Positions 1 to 10,646 of a stretch of 10,646 nucleotides of DNA are shown here, piece after piece (within the stretch, counting starts at the first letter, position 1; each line of letters opens with the position of its first letter). Under the pieces are notes generated by a model that was not told the DNA's origin, did no database searches, and saw only the letters and a program-made list of their open reading frames with translations. The stretch covers positions 1 to 10,646 of the forward strand of contig JBGQEL010000138.1 of NCBI GenBank assembly GCA_041496385.1. Reading direction: 5' to 3'. This DNA is from Candidatus Methylomirabilia bacterium. Its GTDB lineage: Bacteria > Methylomirabilota > Methylomirabilia > Rokubacteriales > CSP1-6. The translations under genes and the position numbers were made by a program.

Positions 1-1322
<1,322 letters not shown>

Positions 1323-1326
<4 letters not shown>

Positions 1327-2795
1327 TGATGCCGATGCGGCGGCGGACGTTTGCGGCGGCGCTCGTCCTGGCCCTGATGGCCGGCTTCTCCCTGGGCGCG
1401 TGGGCCAAGGGGCGGGCCGACGGGCGCGCCCTGACGGTCGCGCAGGCGCCCATGATCCAGGCGCCCATCCTGCCGGTGCAGATGCCGCTGCCGAGCGGCT
1501 CGTTCGCGGCCGTCGCGGAGGCGATCAAGCCGGCCGTGATCAACATCAACACGTTCTCGCGCGGGGGCACGCCGGGGCGCACGCCCTTCGAGGAGTTCTT
1601 CGGCGAGGAATTCTTCAAGCGCTTCTTCGGCGATGCGCCGGAGCGCATCCCGCAGCGGAGCCTCGGCTCCGGCGTGATCGTCGACCCCACGGGCATCGCC
1701 CTCACCAACGCCCACGTGGTCGAGCGCGCGACCGACATCGAGGTCATCACGCTCGACGGCGGCAAGCACAAGGCGAGGGTCATCGGCCTGGACAAGAAGA
1801 CCGACCTCGCCGTGCTCAAGCTGGACGACGGCAAGGGCTCCTTCCGCTTCGCCCGGCTGGGCGACTCGGACAAGGTCCAGGTGGGCGACTGGGTGATCGC
1901 CGTGGGCTCGCCGTTCGGCCTGCAGTCGACGGTGACCGCCGGGATCATCAGCGCCAAGGCCCGCCAGATCGGCCAGGGCCCCTTCGACGACTTCCTGCAG
2001 ACCGACGCCGCGATCAACCCCGGCAACTCGGGCGGCCCGCTCGTGAACATGCAGGGTGAGGTCGTCGGCATCAACTCGGCGATCGTCGCGGGCGGCTCGG
2101 GGATCGGGTTCGCGATCCCGTCCAACATGGCCCGCAAGATCTACACCGAGCTTCGTGACAAGGGCCGCGTGACGCGCGGCTGGCTCGGCGTCTCGATCCA
2201 GCCGCTCTCGGCCGACCTGGCGAAGGAATTCGGGGCCCGCGAGGGCCGGGGCGTGCTCGTGAACGAGGTGGTCCCCGACAGCCCTGCGGCGAAGGCGGGC
2301 GTCCAGCGCGGCGACGTCCTGCTCGAGTTCGACGGCAAGAAGATGGAAGGGCCGGGCGATCTCCAGCGCGCCGTCGGTCTCTTCGCCCCCGACCAGCACG
2401 CGAAGCTGAAGATCTGGCGCGAGCAGAAGGAGCTGACGCTCGAGGTCAGGATCGGCCAGGCGCCCGACGAGCGTGAGGCGCAGCCGCGTCTCGGGGGCGG
2501 CACGCGCTCGCTCCTCGGGCTCGAGGCTCGTCCGATCACGCCCGAGGTCGCCGGGCGGCTGGGCCTGCGCTCGACCGAAGGCGTTTTCGTGGCGCGCGTC
2601 GAGGACGGTAGCTCCGCCGCCGAGGCGGGGATCCAGCGCGGCGACATCATCAAGCAGGTCAACCGGCAGAACGTACGGAGCATGGCGGACTTCGATCGGC
2701 TCACGCGCGACCTCAAGGACGGCGACCGGCTCACGGTGCTCCTCCAGCGCGGGACGATGTCCCTCTACGTCGCCTTCACGGTCGGGCGCGGGTGA
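1323..2795 (+). CDS. degP: DegP/DegQ (HtrA, Do family) serine endoprotease with two PDZ domains
   Basis: Signal/anchor [31 protein letters not shown], catalytic triad LTNAHVV / TDLAVLK / [24 protein letters not shown]1 (RGWLGV...[13 protein letters not shown]) and PDZ2 ([14 protein letters not shown]). The true start may be 1323, 1326 or slightly later. Confidence 0.95.
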
Positions 2796-2824
2796 CGGGG
2801 CCAGACGAGCACTCCAAGATCCAA

Positions 2825-2845
2825 TCTAAGTCGATATAATTCAAC
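2825..2845. promoter_or_regulatory. Degenerate HAIR-like (HspR) operator overlapping a perfect TATAAT (2835-2840)
   Basis: TCTAAGT-N7-ATTCAAC versus HAIR consensus CTTGAGT-N7-ACTCAAG (9/14 matches), located upstream of dnaJ-clpB. Confidence 0.35.
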
Positions 2846-2884
2846 ACCTTGATCGTATCTATCGTCCCTCCTGTTCTGGCCTGA

Positions 2885-2905
2885 CATGAGCGTGACACGC
2901 TAAAT
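2885..2905. promoter_or_regulatory. HAIR-like (HspR) inverted repeat / operator overlapping the predicted -35
   Basis: CATGAGC-N7-GCTAAAT (9/14 to HAIR), containing the perfect inverted repeat AGCGTG-A-CACGCT (2889-2901). Confidence 0.45.
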
Positions 2906-2919
2906 TAATCTGCTATACT
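2892..2919 (+). promoter_or_regulatory. Putative sigma70/SigA promoter for dnaJ-clpB with extended -10
   Basis: -35 GTGACA (2892-2897), 16-bp spacer, TGn-TATACT (TG 2911-2912, -10 at 2914-2919), then AGGA at 2926-2929 before ATG 2940. Confidence 0.55.
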
Positions 2920-2939
2920 CAGTGTAGGATATAGTCACG

Positions 2940-3959
2940 ATGGGCGTCGAATTCAAGGACTACTATCGGATTCTTGGCGTCGACCGGAAGGCCGACGAGA
3001 AGACGATCAAGTCCGCCTATCGCCGGCTCGCCCGCAAGCTCCATCCCGACGTCGCAAAGACGAAGGATTCGGGCGAGCGGTTCAAGGAGCTCGGCGAGGC
3101 CTACGCGGTCCTGTCCGATCCGGAGAAGCGCCGCCGTTACGACACGCTCGGCCCCGACTGGCAGCGACACGCCCAGCCGGGACCGGCCGAAACGGGAGCG
3201 CCGGGCGGATTCAGGGTCGAATACGGCGGCGACCTCGGTGACTTCTCCGAGTTCTTCCGCTCGGTCTTCGGCGACCTGGGTGGCCGGCGGCCACAGGGTG
3301 GTCGCGCTGGCGCCGCGGAATGGCCCGGCGCGCGGCGGCGTCGGCGCGGCGACGACGTGCAGGCCGACGTGGAGATCACGCTCGAGGAGGCCTTCGGCGG
3401 CGCGCGGCGCGCGATCGCGCTCGACCTCGACGAGCCGTGCCCGGCCTGTCAGGGCAGCGGCAACGTCAAGGGCCAGCCGTGCGCGACGTGCCACGGCAAC
3501 GGCTGGCAGCGCGTGCGGCGCCAGGTGGACGTGCGGATACCCGCGGGCGTGCGGAGCGGACAGCGCGTGCGCGTTCCGGGCGAGGGAACAGGAGCCGCCG
3601 GCGAGCGGGGCGACCTCTATCTCGAGGTGACCGTGTCGCCCCATCCGACCTTCGAGCGAAAGGGCGACGACGTCCACCTGACGCTGCCGATCACCGCGCC
3701 CGAGGCGGCGCTCGGCGCCACGCTCGAGGTGCCGACGCTCCGCGGCAAGGTCTCGATGAAGATTCCGCCCGCGACCTCGAGCGGCCGGACGTTCAGGCTG
3801 CCCGGCTACGGGATGCCGCGCCTGCGCGGCGCCGCCGCCGGCGATCAGTTCGTCACGGTCAAGATCGTGATGCCGACCGAGCTCACGGCGGCCGAGCGGG
3901 ATCTGTACGAAAAACTCAAGGCGCTCAGGCGGGACGACCCGCGCGCCTATCAGGGGTGA
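2940..3959 (+). CDS. DnaJ-class co-chaperone (CbpA/DnaJ-like) with J domain, G/F region, two CxxCxGxG repeats and DnaJ C-terminal domain
   Basis: KDYYRILGV...[15 protein letters not shown]...[22 protein letters not shown] domain, [28 protein letters not shown] and [39 protein letters not shown]. Confidence 0.93.
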   Translation: MGVEFKDYYRILGVDRKADEKTIKSAYRRLARKLHPDVAKTKDSGERFKELGEAYAVLSDPEKRRRYDTLGPDWQRHAQPGPAETGAPGGFRVEYGGDLGDFSEFFRSVFGDLGGRRPQGGRAGAAEWPGARRRRRGDDVQADVEITLEEAFGGARRAIALDLDEPCPACQGSGNVKGQPCATCHGNGWQRVRRQVDVRIPAGVRSGQRVRVPGEGTGAAGERGDLYLEVTVSPHPTFERKGDDVHLTLPITAPEAALGATLEVPTLRGKVSMKIPPATSSGRTFRLPGYGMPRLRGAAAGDQFVTVKIVMPTELTAAERDLYEKLKALRRDDPRAYQG

Positions 3960-3966
3960 CTGGAGC

Positions 3967-6564
<2,598 letters not shown>

Positions 6565-6609
6565 CAGGCGACTGAATCCACGGGGGCGGGTCGTGGCATC
6601 CTAAGGCGC

Positions 6610-7887
6610 ATGACCTCGTCCCCTCGGATCCATCCCGCCTGGATCGTTCTCGGCGCCGTGACCGTCTGCATGATGGCCGGATCGGGCATCCGCTCGGTCT
6701 TCGGCGTCTACATCAAGCCCATGGAGACGGAGTTCGGCTGGGGGCGCGGCGCCCTCTCCGGCGCCGCCGCCATCTCGCTGCTCCTGCTGGGCGCGGCCGG
6801 GCCCGTGGTCGGGCGACTGGCCGACCGCTGGGGACCGAAGCGCGTCATCATCGTCGCCATCCTCATGCTGAGCGCCGGCTCGATCGGCGCGGCGCATGTG
6901 CAGAAGCTCTGGCACGTCTACGTGACGACGGGGCTCCTCATGGCGCTGGGCGCCGGCGGCCTCGCGATGACGACGGGCTCGACCATCGCGGCGCGCTGGT
7001 TCGAGGCGCGGCGGGGGGTCGCGATCGGCATCGCCGCCGGCGGCATGTCGGCGGGCCAGCTCGTCGTGATCCCGCTGGCCACCTTTCTCACCCTCTGGTT
7101 CGGCTGGCGGGCGAGCTTCTTCTGGCTCGGGGCCGGGCTGCTGGTCACGGTGCTCCCGATCGCCCTCTGGCTCGTGCGGGATGACCCGATCGACGGCGGC
7201 GAGCGTCCCTACGGCGCGAGGGGGCCCGCGCAGACCGCGGCACAGTCCGCCGCCATCCAGAAGGCGGAGCGCGTGGGCGTCGTGGAGGCGCTGCAGGTGC
7301 CGCAGTTCTGGCTCCTCCTGGCGACGTTCTTCGTCTGCGGCTACACCTCGAACGGCATGGTGCTGACGCACTTCATGCCGCACGCGCTCGAGCACAACTT
7401 CAGCGAGATCCAGGCCTCGACGGCGCTCGGCGTGATGGGCGCGATGAACGTGCTGGGCACGATCGGCTCGGGCTGGATCTGCGACCGGTTCGGCCGGCGC
7501 GGGCCGCTCGCGTTCTACTACTTCGTGCGGGGTCTCTCGCTCCTGTTCCTGCTCTACGTCTGGAACGCGCCCTCGCTCCACCTCTGGGCGGCGATCTTCG
7601 GCCTCAACTACATCTCGACGGTGCCGCCGACGACGACGCTCACGGCGAACATCTTCGGCCGCTACTCGGTGGGCGAGCTCTCGGGCTGGATCTTCTTCTC
7701 CCACCAGGTGGGCGCGGCGCTCGGCGCCGCGCTGGCGGGCTGGATCTACGAGTGGACGGGCACGTACTCGATCGCGTTCGTCTCCGCGGCGCTCATGGGA
7801 TTCGTCGCCGCGGGCCTGGCGCTCGCGATCCGCGAGGAGCCGATCACCCGGTCTCCCCTCGGCTCCCCCGCCCCGGCGACCGCCTGA
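6610..7887 (+). CDS. MFS transporter (about 12 TM; OFA/monocarboxylate-like, YbfB/YcxA type); substrate unknown
   Basis: 425-aa hydrophobic protein with MFS motif A in both halves (GRLADRWGPKR, GWICDRFGRR), RWFEARRGVAIGI, FGWRASF and a central hydrophilic loop. Confidence 0.9.
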   Translation: MTSSPRIHPAWIVLGAVTVCMMAGSGIRSVFGVYIKPMETEFGWGRGALSGAAAISLLLLGAAGPVVGRLADRWGPKRVIIVAILMLSAGSIGAAHVQKLWHVYVTTGLLMALGAGGLAMTTGSTIAARWFEARRGVAIGIAAGGMSAGQLVVIPLATFLTLWFGWRASFFWLGAGLLVTVLPIALWLVRDDPIDGGERPYGARGPAQTAAQSAAIQKAERVGVVEALQVPQFWLLLATFFVCGYTSNGMVLTHFMPHALEHNFSEIQASTALGVMGAMNVLGTIGSGWICDRFGRRGPLAFYYFVRGLSLLFLLYVWNAPSLHLWAAIFGLNYISTVPPTTTLTANIFGRYSVGELSGWIFFSHQVGAALGAALAGWIYEWTGTYSIAFVSAALMGFVAAGLALAIREEPITRSPLGSPAPATA

Positions 7888-7896
7888 GGTGCCTGG

Positions 7897-8841
7897 CTAC
7901 TTCGCCTTGTCGAACGCGTCCGCCGCGAGGGCGTTGAGCCCGATGCGCTGGTAGACGTACCCCCGCAGCATCCAGAGATTCGGCTCGTTCGGCTGCGCGG
8001 CGAGGGCCGTCTCGAGCTGATGCCGCGCCTCGTCGTAGAGTCCCTCCTCGAACAGGAGCGCGGTCCGCATGACCGCGAGCGTGCCCGGCGTGTACCCCTC
8101 GGCGCGGTCCAGCAGAGCGAGCGCGCCGCGGATCCGCCGCGCGTCGGCATCGGTCAGGATCTCGAACTGGGCACGATCCACCGGGTGAGCGGACGCCGAG
8201 GGCGTGTCGAGCTCCCAGCGGTACGCCACCCCGGGCGCGAGCGCGGGTGCCGTCGCCGGATAGGCCACGGCCGGCCGCCGGAGATCGCCCTGCTCCCAGA
8301 GCACGCCCTGCGGCCCCACGAGCCGGACCACGTAGCGGTATCGCTCGCAGCCGCCGTCCCACTCGAAGCGGAGGTCGCCCGCGAAGACCCGCGTCTGGCG
8401 CGGCGCGATGATGACGGGCTCGGGGCAGATGCCGCGCGTGGATAGCTTGCGGAGCTGCGGCGTGTCCTGCTTGCCGAGGAGGAACTGGCTCACGCTCGCC
8501 GTGACGGTCCGGAGCTGGTCGCGCCCGCCACCCGCGGCGCCCGCCGGGGCCGCCACGGTGAACGGCGAGTTCTCGGGCGTGACGGTCTTCGTTCCCCCGC
8601 CGGCGTGGAACAGGACGACCAGGCGCGCGTCGCCCCGCGCCTGGATCTGATCACCCGGCCGCAGGGCCTGCAGCGGCCGCGGCGCCTTCCACTCGCCCTC
8701 GCCGGCCGCCCTCACCCGGACCTCGCCCCCGCCCTTCTTCTGGTGGATCTCCGTGATGTACGCGACCGGGTCGGTCGCCCACGCCGCCGCGGCGAGCGCC
8801 AGCGTCGTAAGCGCCACGAGCCACGCGACCCTCCGTCTCAT
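7897..8841 (-). CDS. Secreted protein: signal peptide, FecR-like beta region, DUF928-like Ig-type domain, C-terminal TPR-like helices
   Basis: Signal MRRRVAWLVALTTLALAAAAWA. ITEI..GEVRV..LRPGDQIQARGDARLVVLF is FecR-N-like. STRG..PVIIAP..LRFEW..YVVRL..YPATAPALAPGVAYRWEL resembles DUF928. EEGLYDEARHQLETALAAQPNEPNLWMLRGYVYQRIGL is TPR-like. ATGA overlap with the upstream cyclase and a strong SD. Domain names are from recall, not from HMM hits. Confidence 0.75.
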   Translation of the reverse strand: MRRRVAWLVALTTLALAAAAWATDPVAYITEIHQKKGGGEVRVRAAGEGEWKAPRPLQALRPGDQIQARGDARLVVLFHAGGGTKTVTPENSPFTVAAPAGAAGGGRDQLRTVTASVSQFLLGKQDTPQLRKLSTRGICPEPVIIAPRQTRVFAGDLRFEWDGGCERYRYVVRLVGPQGVLWEQGDLRRPAVAYPATAPALAPGVAYRWELDTPSASAHPVDRAQFEILTDADARRIRGALALLDRAEGYTPGTLAVMRTALLFEEGLYDEARHQLETALAAQPNEPNLWMLRGYVYQRIGLNALAADAFDKAK

Positions 8842-10646
8842 ACCCGACCTCCCTCCTTCTCCCGCCGGCTGCCGCCCACCACGGCAAGCAGCTCGTGGAC
8901 GTGGACCAGCTCCGTGCGCCCCTTCACCGCGCGCGGCCCCAGGTCGCGGGTCTCGACCCGGTCTCCCAGGAGGCGCCGCGTGGCTTCGGTGATCAGGATG
9001 GTGGTGCCGACCTCCTTGTTCAAGCCCTCGACGCGGGAGGCGACGTTCACCGTATCCCCGACGATCGTATACTTCACGCGCGAGCGTCCTCCGACGTTCC
9101 CGGCGAAGACCTCGCCCGAGTGGATGCCGATCCCCATCCGCAGGCGGGGCAAGCCCTGCAGCTCCCAGAGGGCGTTGAGCCGCGCGAGCGCCTCGTCCAT
9201 CTCGATCGCGGCGCGGACCGCGTGCGGCGCGTGCTCGCGGTCCGCGAGCGGCGCGCCGAAGATCGCCATGACGGCGTCCCCGACGAAGTCGTTGATCATC
9301 CCCCGATACTTGAAGATGACCGCCGTCATGGCGTCGAAGTACTCGCTGAGGATCGCGGCGACTGCTTCGGGGGCCATCGTCTCGGACAGCGTGGTGAAGC
9401 CGCGGAGATCGGAGAAGAGGATCGACACCTCGCGCTGCTCGCCGCGGAGCCCGGGGGACTCGGAGAGCACCTGCGCGGCGATCTCCTTGCTCACGTAGCG
9501 GCCGAACGCCTGCTTGAAGCGGCGCCGCTCGAGCGTGTCGGCGCCGAAGCCGAGGAAGCGCGTCGCCAGGATCGGCAGCATGAAATCGACCCAGTAGCTG
9601 CCGCGGTGGAAGATGAGGTAGCTCGCCGGAAAGCCGACGAGCGCGATGCCGCCGACGCTCACGATCGTCGCCACCATCGGGGGGTAGCTGACGAGCACCA
9701 CGCCCGTCACGAGGACGACGACGACCTGGAGCGCGAAACTGATGACCCAGCCCGACGGCCGGATGAAGCTCCGGGTCAGCAGCATGTGCGCCACGTTGGC
9801 GTGGATCTCGACGCCGGCCATCCTGGCGTGCGGCGTCGCGAAGTAGTCGCGGCTCTCCTGGAACGTCGCGCCGACGAGCACGGCGCGCCCGCGGAACGGG
9901 TTGTCCGCGGCGATCTCCGCGCCCGCGTCACCGAGGGCGGCGACGGCGTTCGCCGGAACCGTGAGGAAGCTCTTCGCGCCGCCGATGAAGTTGATGCGCA
10001 CCAGCTCGTCGGCGCGGATCGCGAGCCGCGGCGCGCGCTCGACGTCGAGCGACCCGCCCGGCCGGAGCCGGGGCAGCGCGATCTCGCCCCGGCCGGTCCC
10101 GAGCGCCGCGTCGAGCTCCGGCTGGGTCAGCCCGCCACGGCGCGCCGCCACGGCGAGGGCGAAGGACGGTTCGAAGCGGCCGCGCGGGCCGGGCAGCAGC
10201 AGCGAAGCCCGGCGGATCATGGCGTCCGGGTCTTCGGGCATGTCGGGCAGGCCGCGGACGACGGCGTCGAGCAGCGCGGGATCGGCGAGCGGGCCCGTGC
10301 CGGGCATCGTGGAGGTCGTGAGGACCACGCGGGAGCGCCCGCCGTCGGCGAACTCCCGGATCGCGCGTGACAGCGCGGCGTCCGCGGCCGGGGTGGTCGG
10401 CGCCCGGAGGGTCACGTCGAGCCCGACGACCGCCGCGCCCGCGCGCCGCAGGCCCCGGAGGATCCTCGCGAGATAGTCCCGGGGCAGCGGCTGGCGCTGG
10501 CCGAGCGCGTCGAACGCGTCCTCGTCGATGGCGACGATCACGACGTCGGCGTTGAGCTGGCTCCCGCGCAGGCGCAGCAGGAGGTCGAGCGTCCGCGCCT
10601 GCGTGCCCTCGAGGTAGCCCATCGCCGACGCGGCCGTGACGACCAC
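8838..10646 (-). CDS. CHASE2-domain membrane receptor class III nucleotide (adenylate/guanylate) cyclase, 5'-truncated by the window edge
   Basis: CHASE2 motifs (VVIVAIDE, PLPRDYLARIL, GAAVVGLDV, DPDAMIRR, INF, FRGRAVLVG, DYFATPH..MAGVEIHAN), three TM helices, transducer element AFGRYVS, cyclase core SILFSDLRGFT, FVGDAVMAIFGAP, GIGIHSG, YTIVGDTVNVASRVEG, VKGR. Confidence 0.95.
   Translation of the reverse strand: MVVTAASAMGYLEGTQARTLDLLLRLRGSQLNADVVIVAIDEDAFDALGQRQPLPRDYLARILRGLRRAGAAVVGLDVTLRAPTTPAADAALSRAIREFADGGRSRVVLTTSTMPGTGPLADPALLDAVVRGLPDMPEDPDAMIRRASLLLPGPRGRFEPSFALAVAARRGGLTQPELDAALGTGRGEIALPRLRPGGSLDVERAPRLAIRADELVRINFIGGAKSFLTVPANAVAALGDAGAEIAADNPFRGRAVLVGATFQESRDYFATPHARMAGVEIHANVAHMLLTRSFIRPSGWVISFALQVVVVLVTGVVLVSYPPMVATIVSVGGIALVGFPASYLIFHRGSYWVDFMLPILATRFLGFGADTLERRRFKQAFGRYVSKEIAAQVLSESPGLRGEQREVSILFSDLRGFTTLSETMAPEAVAAILSEYFDAMTAVIFKYRGMINDFVGDAVMAIFGAPLADREHAPHAVRAAIEMDEALARLNALWELQGLPRLRMGIGIHSGEVFAGNVGGRSRVKYTIVGDTVNVASRVEGLNKEVGTTILITEATRRLLGDRVETRDLGPRAVKGRTELVHVHELLAVVGGSRREKEGGRV
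8847..8857 (-). promoter_or_regulatory. Shine-Dalgarno for the secreted DUF928-like gene
   Basis: Minus-strand AGGAGGGAGGT ends 5 nt before the ATG at 8841, which overlaps the cyclase stop (8838-8840). Confidence 0.75.

Noticed and set aside
1335..1406. Tat signal peptide on DegP (RRRTF), and MRRRV on the secreted protein
   Set aside because: Arg-rich n-regions are common in GC-rich genomes, the full S/T-R-R-x-F-L-K consensus is not met, and HtrA proteins are normally Sec substrates.
2806..2832. CIRCE (HrcA) element suggested by AGCACTC at 2808-2814
   Set aside because: Only the left arm matches; there is no GAGTGCTAA arm at 9-nt spacing.
2793..2885. MITE-like element: GGCCAGA (2799-2805) / TCTGGCC (2875-2881) inverted repeat with nearby TGAC direct repeats
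   Set aside because: The inverted repeat is only 7 bp, the direct repeats are not symmetrically flush, there is a single copy and no transposase; compatible with chance.
6578..6596. Intrinsic terminator after clpB (CCACG...CGTGG)
   Set aside because: Only a 5-bp stem with a 9-nt loop and no U-tract.
8838..9430. Pycsar-type pyrimidine cyclase anti-phage system
   Set aside because: The architecture is a CHASE2/TM receptor, and the neighbour is a secreted protein rather than a cNMP-binding TIR or TM effector.

Overview
GC-rich (roughly 70%) bacterial window. The + strand carries a protein quality-control cluster: 5'-truncated ftsH, translationally coupled degP/htrA, an AT-rich 144-bp regulatory spacer, a DnaJ/CbpA-like J-protein with only half a zinc-finger region, and clpB, followed by an MFS transporter. 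The - strand carries a convergent, translationally coupled pair: a 5'-truncated CHASE2/3-TM/class III nucleotide cyclase and a secreted FecR-like/DUF928-like/TPR protein. The main finding is that the cyclase has a guanylate-cyclase-like charge swap at its base-specificity positions (NDFVGD rather than DKFxGD, KYT rather than D/EYT), so it may be a cGMP or otherwise non-cAMP receptor system with a dedicated extracytoplasmic partner. Secondary findings are HspR/HAIR-like operators and a possible RNA thermometer upstream of dnaJ-clpB. All calls rest on motif recognition by eye; no searches were run.
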